A stretch of DNA of 64,000 bases from Octopus vulgaris (Eukaryota). The position numbers were made by a program, and so were the translations under genes. The stretch spans positions 16,864,001 through 16,928,000 of the forward strand of contig OX597814.1 of the NCBI GenBank assembly GCA_951406725.2. The letters run 5' to 3'. A model generated the notes under the pieces. That model made no database searches. It was not told where the DNA came from and saw nothing but the letters and a program-made list of their open reading frames with translations. This document shows positions 29,835 to 43,099 of this stretch, piece after piece. The first letter of the stretch is position 1, and every line of letters starts with the position of its first letter.

Positions 29835-30275
29835 AACCAGGCAGTGGCTCTCATGGTTTTAGATCTTAGGTGTTATGTACATTGTTTTGTCTTGGTATAA
29901 AAGATGGGCTACATCAAATATTCTACCTAATACTACAGATTTGCTTGTAGTTGCCTCACATTAACCAGTTGAGCATGCCCAGTAGTGGCTAATAAGTGCA
30001 GCTCTGATCCAGAGCAGAGGTAGTGGCGGGAGAGCATCAAAATCATGCGTTGAGAGGAATTCTTTGCGGTTAGAATAAATCAACTCCAGAAACATGGGTG
30101 CTCATCATATTTAAACAAACCTTATTCAGGGACCTTTTGAGGGGCATCGGCTACACGACGTGAAGAAAATTCTAACTGGATCCCTGTATATCTTGCGCTG
30201 TATATCTTGATATGAGATCGCCATATCTGCACATATGTATGTGCCTGGTGTACACTTATGAGACAGGTTAGTCCT
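29835..30275 (+). mobile_element. Unclassified (TAA)n-associated interspersed repeat, family D
   Basis: TATCTTGATATGAGATC..TAGTC(A/C)TGATGG is shared with 36175-36335 (-) and 49885-50106 (+). Confidence 0.6.
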
Positions 30276-30279
30276 GATG

Positions 30280-30475
30280 GATACATGGGACTTAGACGAA
30301 AACAATAAAATCTGTTTTTTGATTGACGTGAGCATAACTTGTAATCATAATATCTCAGCAAAAGAATTTCATAAGCTCAGAAAATATAAACATTTGCTGA
30401 TTCAAATCGAAAAAAATGTGGCATTTGAAGACGCTCACAATACCAGTGATTGTAGGAGCACTTGGAATGATCAAA
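30280..30475 (+). mobile_element. R4/Dong-like LINE endonuclease fragment
   Basis: KICFLIDVSI..AKEFHKLRKYKHLLIQIEK / TIPVIVGALGMIK, then (TAA)n. Confidence 0.75.
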
Positions 30476-30499
30476 TAATAATAATAATAATAATAATAA

Positions 30500-31196
30500 T
30501 CTTTTCTACTGTAGGTGCAAGCCTGGAATTTAGTGAGGAGTTAAGTCCCACTACATCGACCCCAATACTCAACTGGTACTTAATTTATCAATCTCGAAAG
30601 AATGAAAGGCAATGTCAACCTCGGCGAAGTTAGAACACAGAACCTAAAGACAGACGAATTGCCGCTAAGCATTTTGACCGCTGTGATAACAATTCTGCCG
30701 GCTCACATGATAATAATAATAATTTCTTTTATTAACCAAAGGGGATAGTAGAATAATACAATAATACACCATTCTATGGGGCACAATGCCTCAAATTTTT
30801 ACGAGGTGGTACTTGTTTCGCCGACTCTGAAAGGATGAAAAGTAAAGGTGACTTCAGCGGAAGTTAAACTCAGAAGTTAAAGACGGATGAAACGCCACAA
30901 GTCAATTTGTTCGGCATGGTAACAATTGTACTAACTCACATCTTAATAATAATAGAATAATAGTAATATATAATACGGTCACAAATTTTGACACAACGCC
31001 AGCAACGTCGAGAGAGGTATTAAGTCAATAGCATCGACCCCCCCCCCCCCACTAGAGTTCAACTATTTTATCGACCCCGAAAGAAGAAAGTTAAAGTCCA
31101 CCTCAGCTGAAATTGAACTCAGAATGTGAAGCTGAGGAAATTTCCGCTAAGCATTTCGCCGGGGGTGCTTACAATTCTGCCATCTCGTCGCCTTAA
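30500..31196 (-). mobile_element. Cluster of three diverged SINE family A copies separated by (TAA)n
   Basis: GAAAGGATGAAAGG-like body at ~30595, ~30830 and ~31075. Confidence 0.7.
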
Positions 31197-31197
31197 A

Positions 31198-31279
<82 letters not shown>

Positions 31280-31294
31280 GTAATAATAATAGTA

Positions 31295-31382
<88 letters not shown>

Positions 31383-31903
31383 TAATAATAATAATGAATT
31401 GGTAGGGAGAAGAAGAAGAAGAAGAAGAAGAAGAAGAAGAAGAAGAAGAAGAAGAAGAAGAAGAAGAAGAAGAAGAAGAAGAAGAAGAAGGGAAGCTTCA
31501 ACAACAAAAGCAGAACAATAATATACAAGAATAACAACCTCTGTAGAGAATGGAAAACTTCAGTGGCCTAAACAAGGATAATAAAAATAACACTTGCACA
31601 ACAAATGCAGTAACAAACGGCAACACTTAAAGAAGAGAACAAATAAGGAAAAAAATATCTAAGTTGGCCAAAGAGCAAGGACAAAGAAAGCAAGATTGAT
31701 TTTAAACAAGTCTACTTCGGCTATAGCTCCCAGCATTGCCTGCAGGTGTTTAAAAAATATTAGGGTTTCAGGGAGAAACAAAAACAAGTATGTTAGGGGA
31801 CGTTATATATATAAAAGATAAAAATAAAAAGCAAGTAAGACAAGCGTACACTCCATAGCTTAAACGAGCGGCGACGGAAAAACGCCGTGGGGTAGAATTC
31901 AAA

Positions 31904-31956
<53 letters not shown>

Positions 31957-31994
31957 GTGTGCAGCCCTGTGTGGCTAATAAAGAAACATATCTA

Positions 31995-32064
<70 letters not shown>

Positions 32065-32141
32065 TCATCTATCTATCTTGCTGTCTATATCTATTTATTG
32101 CTCACTCATTTCCTCTCCCCCTATCTCTCCCCTCTCTCTGT

Positions 32142-32186
<45 letters not shown>

Positions 32187-32345
32187 TTATAAATGTATAC
32201 ACACATATGTATATATATATATATAAAACTATCCCTCTACAATTTATATGTATATCGTCTCTACCACTATAGCGTACTGCTCTATACGACACGTGCGTTA
32301 TTCAACACAAGGACCTATGTATGCATATATAGATATATACATATA

Positions 32346-32456
<111 letters not shown>

Positions 32457-32555
32457 CACACAGACATATCTGTATAGTAATATATTTGTAGATAGATAGA
32501 TAGATAGATAGATAGTCATACATATTATATGCTTGTATGATTATATACATGTACC

Positions 32556-32616
<61 letters not shown>

Positions 32617-32844
32617 CTATATCAGTGTATTTTCATTAAATTGTATTACACATTGTCGATTTCTTTTTTAAACGTACTATTCATACATACATACCCACAC
32701 ACACACGCACTCACACCCCCCACACACACATATATATATACATATACGTACACACACAGATACCCGCATGCACTCAAACACATAGGAAAAGTTATGTGTT
32801 ATATATGTATGCAGGTATTTATGTATGTACCTCTCTTTCTCTCA

Positions 32845-32879
<35 letters not shown>

Positions 32880-32885
32880 CTCCCT

Positions 32886-32931
<46 letters not shown>

Positions 32932-33314
32932 ACGATTCTGTTTAATTAGGTACTTACATTGGGGCAGTTTTCCGGTTCGGTATAGTCCGTAGAGCTCAAA
33001 TTTAGGTAAACAGAATGTAACTAACAAGGATGTATATGCATTAATACATATATATATATATGGATTCTGTTAAACAATGTAAATATTCTGGTTTCTACTA
33101 TTAATGAAAAGGTGTTTAAAATGGTTTATCCCTTATATAGGAAGTCTATATGGTTATCTGCCCCTGAGGAGAGAGGTTTCTTTCAATTTGATGTAATGTG
33201 ATCATTGCTCGATTAAATGGAGCCGTTCGAAACGGCCGCAGTGTATTGTTACCTATATATCCATGTTATTTATTTACATTCTCTGTGTGTGTGTGTGTGT
33301 GTGTGTGTTTATAC

Positions 33315-33702
33315 TTTTCTACTCTAGGCACAAAGCCCGGCATTTTGGGGGAGGGTCGATTAGATCGATCCCAGTACGCAATTGGTACTTAATTTATTGA
33401 TTCCCGAAATGATGAAAGGCAAATTCGACCTCGGCGGAATTTAAAATCAGAACGTAAAGTCAGACGAAATACCTATTTCTTTACTACCCACAAGGGGCTC
33501 AAGACAAAGAGGACAAACAAGGGCAGACAAACGGATTATGGCGATTATAACGATCCCAGTGGGTAACTGGTACTTAATTTATCGACCCCGAAAGGATGAA
33601 AGGCAAAGTCGATCTCGGCGGAAATTGATCTCAGAACATAACGGCAGGCGAAACACCTCGAAGCATTTCGCCCGGCGTGCTAACGTTTCTGCTAGCTCAC
33701 CA
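33315..33702 (-). mobile_element. SINE family A (dimeric body)
   Basis: Homologous to 7667-8065. Confidence 0.85.
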
Positions 33703-33766
<64 letters not shown>

Positions 33767-33795
33767 TCATACATACACACACGCATATATATATG

Positions 33796-33871
<76 letters not shown>

Positions 33872-33897
33872 CATATATATATGCGTGTGTGCATGTA

Positions 33898-33935
<38 letters not shown>

Positions 33936-33994
33936 CTTTACGTTCTGATTTTAAATTCCGCCGAGGTCGAATTTGCCTTTCATCATATATATAT

Positions 33995-34081
<87 letters not shown>

Positions 34082-34133
34082 CTTATTTTATCTAGTTTCA
34101 GCGCACGAGCTGTGGCCATGCTGGGGCACCGCC

Positions 34134-34197
<64 letters not shown>

Positions 34198-35607
34198 TAT
34201 ATGTAACCTGTTAGTGTCTTTTAATAACTTGCCCTCAATCCATAAATTTTGTAATACCTTTGGAAAAAATGTAGCGGTACGAATAGTATAAACAACAGCA
34301 AAAAGTGATCGTCTTTTGCAATAACTGTGAGTACAAATATGCAAATATGATACTCGATTTGAAATTACGAAAAAAAATCTAAGTGAATAAATGGGGGATA
34401 TCACAAAAAATAGTACCACATTAGATACCCTTTTAATTAGGAATGTAGTATATATTTTCAGAGATGCAGGGGAATGGAAGAACCTCTGGTCGATACTGCG
34501 CTGGACGCCTGCTCCATAAAACAGGATACTTAATTTGGAAGTTTGTACCGATTTTATAGAATGAAGAAATGGTAGAAGAAGCAATTATATTGAGTGCATC
34601 CATCATTTCTCCGCTTGCTTGTGGATCTCAAGGAGTACGAAGCTTATATCTGGAGAATTTGTTACTGATACCACTTGCAAATTTTGGCACAAGGCCAGCA
34701 ATTTCGAGTCCCAATCGAGGAAATTCAAAGTCGACCTCGACGGAATTTAAAGTCAGAACAAAATCTCGTTCAGCATTTTGACCCGGTGCTAATGCTTCTA
34801 TCAGCTCACCACCTTAATTTGTGTCACATGTGTGCAACTGTATATGCATGTGATGTATTCTGATTTCCTGACCACTGCTCTTTGTTTCAAAGGGTTCTGC
34901 AGGGGCCTTCGGTTTTGTTTACCCTTGATGGCCACAATGGTAATCAACAGCAGTACCCTTTGAAGGAAAAGGAATGGGTGTCACCTAGATTTACCTTCCG
35001 CTGCAAAAGGTGCAGTTGTTAGAAGCGTCGAGTTAAAAGCCACTTCTGTTCCTTCTCAGAAGAGACAAGAGAAAATCATAATAACCAGTAAGTGTCAGCA
35101 GAGATTGTAGCTCCAATAATGTAACGTTTCAGAGATGAAGTTCATTGGTGCATCTACTTGTTTCTATTTCTCCACTGGTTGCTAACTTGCATTTGAAATT
35201 CAAATTCTGAAAACGATAACGTTACCTTTCTTCCCGGGGGTCGATAAAGCAAATTACCAGTCAAGTGATACAATTAGTTGTATCGGTTGATTTCTTCTTC
35301 AAAACTGATCACTTTCTTTGTTAATTAGGGGCGACTGCCTGTCAGAATCGTTAGAAGTCAATTAACTTAAGAATTCAATTCGTCCAAGGTTAATAAAACT
35401 TGCGTCCTTTTTTAAGTAGATAAGCAAATCAGCGCAGATTAAATACTAAGATCGATAGTATCAACTAATCATTTCACATTAAAATCGCTGGTCTTGTGTT
35501 TTAAAGTGAAACCAATAATAATAATAATCTTTTCTACTCTAGGCACAAGGCCCGAAATTTTAGAGGAGGATTCCTGTCGATTAGATCGACCCCAGTACGC
35601 AACTGGA

Positions 35608-36080
35608 ACGACCACAAACCTGAAGGCATCGTCGAAAATAGAAATACAAAGATCCTATGGGATTTTATGTTTCCGTGCGACCATGAGATAGAGAATAGGA
35701 AGTCGGACAGAGTATTGAGACAGAAAACAAACTGTGCTGGATCATAGATATAGTATGCCCAGCTGACAACAAGTTATGCGATAAGGAAGAAATAAAAGTT
35801 GAGAGATATGACAGGTTAGCTTGGGAAGTTTAGTAGTTGTGGTTGATGAAAAAGGTAGCATTGTCGGAGCCCTGGGAACAGTTAGCAAAAATCTCAAGAA
35901 GTACGTGAAACAAATAGGGGTTGCAATAAAGGTGGAGCACTTGCAGAAAACAGCACTGCTTGGAACCGCTCGAATACTCCGGAAGGTGCTCTAAATTTAA
36001 GTGGTGTTACCTTAGTTCACTGGTAGTGAACAGCTGACACTGTAGTACATCTCCAGCGTTAGAAGCTGTGCAAAGGCAAT
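35608..36080 (+). mobile_element. 3' end of an R4/Dong-like LINE
   Basis: HKPEGIVENRNTKILWDF, CWIIDIVCP, VGALGTVSK and LQKTALLGTARILRKVL*, ending at an (AAT)n tract. Confidence 0.8.
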
Positions 36081-36133
36081 GATAATAATAATAATTGTTG
36101 TTGTTGTTGTTGATATTATTATTATCATTATTA

Positions 36134-36174
<41 letters not shown>

Positions 36175-36334
36175 GAGTGAGAGAGCAGTTCATGCCATCA
36201 AAGTGACACTGTGGTAAAATATACGAAGCCCAATATACCCATCATGACTACCCGTCTGATAAGGGTACACAAGGTACATGCATCACAACCATATGTGCGC
36301 GATATTGTGATCTCATATCAAGATAAACAGCACA

Positions 36335-36335
<1 letters not shown>
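36175..36335 (-). mobile_element. Family D 3' end inside (TTA)n
   Basis: Reverse-complement homologue of 49950-50106; ends CTCTCTCACTC(AAT)n. Confidence 0.65.
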
Positions 36336-36388
<53 letters not shown>

Positions 36389-36396
36389 CATCATCA

Positions 36397-36500
<104 letters not shown>

Positions 36501-36829
36501 TAGTATTCAGTATAGTCTATGAGTGGTGAAAAAGCTACAAACGACGAACAGACACGTTTGAGTGATTCGTTTCGCTGCGAATTCAAAAACCTATGAGATT
36601 CGATGTTTTTACTTCAATTAGTGTTAAGATCAATAAAATACGTACAATGTAAATGCTAGGCTTAATATAACAGGCTGTATCTCCTCCTCTAGCATGTGCA
36701 ACGAGTAACCGATTAAGAAATAATTAGTATTTGAAAAATAATTAATTAGAGGAAAATCACTGAAGATTATAGTAAGAAAAAAAATATGAAGAAATTTAAG
36801 TAGGATTTGAAGGAAAACCAGAATGAAAG

Positions 36830-36880
36830 AAAGAAAGAAAGAAGAAGAAGAAGAAGAAGAAGAAGAAGAAGAAGAAGAAG

Positions 36881-36911
<31 letters not shown>

Positions 36912-36929
36912 GTGTTTCAATCTCTAGTC

Positions 36930-36961
<32 letters not shown>

Positions 36962-37015
36962 AATGGTAGGGAGAAGAAGAAGAAGAGAGAGAAGAAGAAG
37001 AAGAAGAAGAAGAAG

Positions 37016-37046
<31 letters not shown>

Positions 37047-37064
37047 GTGTTTCAATCTCTAGTC

Positions 37065-37114
<50 letters not shown>

Positions 37115-37425
37115 ATTGGTAGGGAGAAGGAGAAGAAGAAGAAGAAGAAGAAGAAGAAGAAGAAGAAGAAGAAGAAGAAGAAGAAGAAGAAGAAAAAGAA
37201 GAAGAGAAAGAAGAAGAGAAAGAAGAAGAAAAGAAAGAAGAAGAAGTAAAAGAAGAAGAAGAAGAAGAAGAAGAAGAAGAAAAAGAAGAAGAAGAAGAAG
37301 AAGAAAAAGAAGAAGAAGAAGAAGAAGAAGAAGAAGAAGAAGAAGAAGAAGAAGAAGAAGAAGAAGAAGAAGAAGAAGAAGAAGAAGAAGAAGGAGAAGA
37401 AGAAGTGTGTTTCAATCTCTAGTCA
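36830..37425. repeat. Composite tandem repeat (GAA)n-GTGTGTTTCAATCTCTAGTC-(AAT)n-GAAWTGGTAGGGA
   Basis: The 20-bp spacer occurs at ~36910, ~37045 and ~37404; the 13-bp spacer at ~36960 and ~37113. Confidence 0.9.
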
Positions 37426-37923
37426 ATTGTAGTCAATTGTATCGGGTTTAGCGTTTGATAAATCCACTATTTGACTAAAAAATTATTTTATTGAATCCAA
37501 TATTTCAATGATAATTTTTCTTCATGACCTCGAAAATATAGAAGTCGATGTGACTGAAATCAGAATATAAGAAAGAAATTAAAATAGTAACGTAAAATTG
37601 TCCGTTAGCTACTCTGCCGCTTTTGCCAATCTGCCGCCCTCATAGAAGAAGAAATAATAAACGTCATTTTCAAAAGGTCAATAAAAATGAGTGGTTGGTT
37701 AGTGCATGCCCACAAACCGCATCGACGTTGGTCTGCGGTTGATGTTATGCACTGATGTACACCTTAGAGGGTAGCAAAGTGCGTTCGTGTAACGGTTCAC
37801 TGCCTCAATTGTGGAAGAGGGATTGATACATGGAGATCATGTATGTGTGTGCGAGTGTACGTGTAAAAATACACCACACGTTAGGGGAAGCTGAGAGAAG
37901 TAAAGGAAGGCTATTATAAAATA

Positions 37924-38221
37924 CTAGCAGTATCGCCCGGCGTTGCTCGGGTTTGTAAGGGAAATAACTATATAAGCATTTTTAGAGAGTTATAGCCAAA
38001 AAATAGCAAAACAATGCATTAAAAATGGGAAAAAAATGATGGTAATTTTTTTTTTTAAATCGTAGACTCATCGTAGACGCGCGCTATTACCCAGAAGGGC
38101 TCGATATGAATCACGACTATAAGATACCCGGTTTTGGTTAAACTGCACCGCAAAATATGGGAGTAGTTAGGAATCTAAATCGTAGGAGACATACACACAA
38201 CTTCACTTTTATATATAAAGA
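37924..38221 (-). mobile_element. Non-autonomous Helitron (298 bp), same termini as 28370-28760
   Basis: Minus strand A|TCTTTATATATAAAAGTGAAGTTG ... ACAAACCCGAGCAACGCCGGGCGATACTGCTAG|T. Confidence 0.8.
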
Positions 38222-38569
38222 TTTAACTAGGAAAGGAATAATGGTGCGGCGGAAAGAAGAAGAGCGAGAGAAAAAGGTTTAGAGAGTGTGGTAAGAGAGA
38301 TGGAGAGTTAGATAGTTGTTTGCCAAGGAAATGTGAAGTTTTAAAGGTGAACAAAGAAATGAAATAGAAGAGATGATGCTGTTGGGGTTAAATTGAAATT
38401 ATTTTAAGGTAGAAATATCAAAACCGTTAAAGGGTAAATGTGAGGTTAAAACAAGTTGTTAGAGGAGAAAAGAGAAGTGAGATATATATGGAGAGAAAGA
38501 GAGAGAGAGAAAGACTCTGTGTGTGTGTGTGCGTGCGCGAGTATGTGTGGTGTGTATGTGTATGTGTGT

Positions 38570-38805
38570 AGGGTGGTGCGCAGGCAGAATCGTTAGCACG
38601 CCGGGCTAAATGCGTAGCCGTATTTCGTCTGCCGTTACGTTCTGAGTTCAAATCCCGCCGAGGTCGACTTTGCCTTTCATCCTTTCGGGGTCGATAAATT
38701 AAGTACCAGTTATGCATTGGGGTCGATATAATCGACTTAATCAGTTTGTCTGTCCTTGTTTGTCCTCTCTGTGTTTAGCCCCTTGTGGGTAGTAAAGAAA
38801 TAGGT
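38570..38805 (+). mobile_element. SINE family A
   Basis: Homologous to 24435-24667. Confidence 0.85.
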
Positions 38806-39727
38806 ATGTGTATGTGTGTAAGTGTTCCGTCTTTAAAAATTTTACTATTTTTTGTCACTGTGCCTCCTTTATTAAATGCTTCCCTTTATTTTATGTTTCC
38901 TTTTTATTATTTTTCATATTTGTCTTTTTTGGAGTACGAAACCTGGAAACTCAAGAGGTGTCAGATGATGAGAGAGAAATAACGTGTGTATGTGTGAGAG
39001 AGAGAGAGAGAGAGAGAGTGAGTGAGTGAGAGAGTGAGAGAGAGAGAGAAAGAAAAATTTGAGAGTAATGAGAGCTTACTGCGAAACATTGGCAGTAAGC
39101 TCTGAGGCTGCAAGTGAAAATAGAATAGAGTGAATGAGTAAATAAGCCACAACGTACCAGAGTACAATATGGGAAGTGTGTTTGGGAAGAGAGAGGAAAA
39201 CAAAGGAGGGAGAAGAAAGAAAAATTATTTAGTTTTGGTCATAAAAAAATGTAGAATCTAAATTAATGTATAAGCACATGAAAACGAGAGATTTGATTTG
39301 TATGGGATGGGGAAAGAGAGAGAGAGGAAGTCCGAATGCGTTGGAAGAAGGTTTGACGAGGATGAGAGCGGGGTATTTAAGAAGATAAGGAATTGAGTGT
39401 ATGAAAATGCTTTGTTATAGGTATGAGAAAGAACATCTGATATTCTAAGACAGAGAGCGGAGAAGTGTGTTTGAGAAAGTGCTAGAGAGTGAGAAATGAA
39501 GTAAAGATAAGGAATGATAAAAAGAAAAGAGGATGGTGTGAAAAAAAAGAGTGAAAGCGAAGTGAGACTGGTGAAAACGGCGGTGAATGGGTCTGTATAA
39601 TTTTGTAGGTGACATCATGGGAAAATGGTTGTAAATATGTTAAGGGTTTTGTATATTATCAGTTCATGATTTTTTTTTTTATATGAAATTGTGAATGGAC
39701 GTAATAATTAATGTATATGTGCGTAGT

Positions 39728-39974
39728 TCCTTCTCGAGTCATGCCAGGCTCATAAGGGCCGGTTTCCCGGTTTCAGTGGCATAGAAATTCCCCACCTGGC
39801 CGGGACGCCTGTCTGTCGCAGGATTACTCATTTTTGCCAACTGAGTGGACTGGAGCAACGTGAAAATGAAGAGTTTTGCTCAAGAACACAATGCATCATC
39901 CGGTCCAGGAATCGAAACCACAACCTTATGATCATGAGTTCACTACCCTAACAACTAAGCCACGCACCTCCACA
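39728..39974 (-). mobile_element. tRNA-derived SINE, family C', with ~12-bp TSD
   Basis: Homologous to 670-925. TAT(G/A)TGCGTAGT at 39716-39727 and 39975-39986. Confidence 0.85.
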
Positions 39975-40329
39975 TATATGCGTAGTAGTTTAATGAAATT
40001 GCAAATGAACCTATCAATTAACGAGTGAATGAAAATCTGTACGATTCTCTGGCCATTGTCTTACAGAAAGTCTTAATGAATCTGGGAATAATTGTGTAGT
40101 CTACGTACAATTCTGAGCATGATTGTGTAGATGAAATTATGTGTATGTGATAAAACTGGAGTGAAAGAGTTTATAAAACAAACCGTAGATGAGACTGCAT
40201 GTATACCTGTGTATGATCCTGTGACTGAATATTCGAAGGAATATGTAGATAAATCTGTGTAAGAGTTAGTGTGAGATGATACACAAAATAAATCTGTGTA
40301 TGATTTATATCTCTCTTACTCATTATTAT

Positions 40330-40809
<480 letters not shown>

Positions 40810-42616
40810 GACATCGCACAGCGTACAATATTGTGAGGTTGTTGATTGAGGATAATGTGTCTACCGGGGATTTGTACTGTTTGTCAAGTCACAAGAACCT
40901 CAAACAGACAGTGCTTTACGCCATATGCGTGCAGTTCCAAGAAATGCCAACTTTTGCAATACATCTAGATTGTAGAGCATTTCTAAGGTTTTCCGATTTT
41001 TTTTTCATACTGGGTATTATTGAACCCAATGCTCCGATGACAATAGGGATAACATTTATGTTCGGCTCTCGTACCTGTCACATCTTAGCGATCTCAATTC
41101 ACATGTCTCCATATTTATCAACTTTTCCTCTTTTATTGATGATGATGTATTTATCTCCTAACACTGCTACGTCGATTACTAGGCACACTCGTTTGCCCCT
41201 TCAAAAGATTACTATATCCAGCCTTCGGTGCTCTAATGTTTTGTTCGTCTGGAAATCAAAGTCCCCAGAGGATTGTTGCCTTCCCCCTTTTCGTCCATTA
41301 CTTTTACCGGTGTATGTTAGTACCAAGCACTCGTAACCTCATATCCATACTTACGGCATAGTAGCCAGTGGAGGTTTTGGGCTACTTTGTCGTGTCTTCA
41401 CTTGTACTCTTTCTGCGCAAAACTTCCACAAGCACTGACTATGTGAGTCACACTTTCGACCCTCTTTCCACACATTCTGCAGATGCCCGCTGCACTTGTG
41501 TGATATATGTTATTTTTCACTGAGTTGGTATTCAATGCCTGGTCCTGGGCCGCGATGATTAGGCTTCCAGTATTCTTTTTTAGGCCACCTTATGATGCTC
41601 CCTGGTCTTTTAATTTGTTGGTTTCACAGTGGAACTGACCATTTAATTCCATACGGAGTGGGGTTTCTTCTTTCTCATTGGCTGTTCGGAATTCATGAGC
41701 ACTCTCAAGTGCAATTTTGCTCACTCCTTTTGCACTAGCAGTATACTGTAGTAGGTTTTCTTTGCTATTTACCAAATATTCTGCCACGTTTCTTCTTTCA
41801 CAGTTGATGCACTCCCGTACGCTAATCAGCCCACGTCCACACTTACCTCTGTTCATGTAGAGCCTGTGTACATTCGCCTTAGGATGGAGAGCACCATACA
41901 TTGTCATTGCCTTTCGGGTAGTGACATCAAGTTGGTCAATCGTCGCTTGTGTCTATCTCAGGATGGGTGTATTATAGCGGACTACAGCAACAGCCCATAT
42001 GTTGAAAGCAGTCACAAGGGTCCTTGAGTTGAGCTTCGATTTCAAGAGATGTTTGAGGCGCTTGAAATATGCAGTAGTGACTTTCTCTTTCATTTCTCTG
42101 TGCAAGATATTGTCCAGGATTCCAAGGTACTCGTATCCATGATCATCCGGATCTTCCAATTTCTCTCCCTTTGGCAATTCTATGTCCCTACAATTTACTC
42201 TTTTCTCTTGCTTCAAAGTAAGCACCGCATACTTCGAGATACCGAATTCCATCCTTATATCCTTGCAGCACATTTGCACAGTCTCAACCAGTTTCTCCAT
42301 TTCAGGCTCTGTTTTTTTTGGCGAACAGTTTTAAATCATCCATGAAGGGAAGGTTGTTGAGACGAGGTCCGTTTTTTTTCTCAGCTGATAGTGCACGTTG
42401 AATATACGCAGGACTACAGAAAGTGAGATCAAGACTATAACAAATAACAGAGGTGAACAAGAGTCTCCTTGGAAGACACCTCTTTTGATTGTTACCTCGG
42501 CTAAGTGCTGGTTGTTACAGGAAAGACGCGTTTTCCAAATAGACACGCTGTTCTTAATCAGTGCACGCACGTTCTCAGCTATTTCTCACATGTCGAGTGT
42601 TTCCAAAATCCACGAA
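40810..42616 (-). mobile_element. R4/Dong-like non-LTR retrotransposon, 5'-truncated and frameshifted, flanked by (TAA)n
   Basis: RT motifs RGVFQGDSCSPLLF, FMDDLKL, YEYLGI; HPKANVHRLY..GRGL; IIAAQDQAL; CRMC..ESVTHIVSAC zinc knuckle; RHDKV; restriction-like endonuclease (IDVAV, IVIGALG, QKLAFLGTARI). (TTA)n arrays at both ends. Confidence 0.9.
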
Positions 42617-42643
42617 TTATTATTATTATTATTATTATTATTA

Positions 42644-42692
<49 letters not shown>

Positions 42693-42756
42693 CATCATCA
42701 TCATCATCATCATCATCATTATTGTTATTATTATTATTATTATTATCATCATCATC

Positions 42757-42833
<77 letters not shown>

Positions 42834-42852
42834 CATCATCATCATCATCATC

Positions 42853-42908
<56 letters not shown>

Positions 42909-43050
42909 CATCATCAGTATTGTTGTTGTTGTTGTTATTAATTTCATTGTTGTCATTGCTGTTGTTATTGTTGTTGTTGTTGCTGCTGCTGTTGTTGTTA
43001 TTCTTGATGATGCTGCTGCTGATGATGATGATGATGAGGAGGAGGAGGAG
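42617..43050. repeat. Compound trinucleotide array (TTA/TCA/TTG/CTG/GAT/GAG) between two head-to-head LINE fragments
   Basis: Seen directly in the sequence. Confidence 0.95.
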
Positions 43051-43099
43051 GATGTTAAGCTGCAAGTGTAACAGAAGTGATGCATGACGAAAAGCCGAG

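Noticed and set aside
34890-35093. Possible host exon (AG acceptor, downstream GTAAGT)
   Set aside because: The longest frame stops before the donor and the peptide resembles nothing recognisable.
36830-37425. Repeat-spacer pattern superficially like a CRISPR array
   Set aside because: The variable parts are simple GAA/AAT repeats, the context is eukaryotic, and there are no cas genes.
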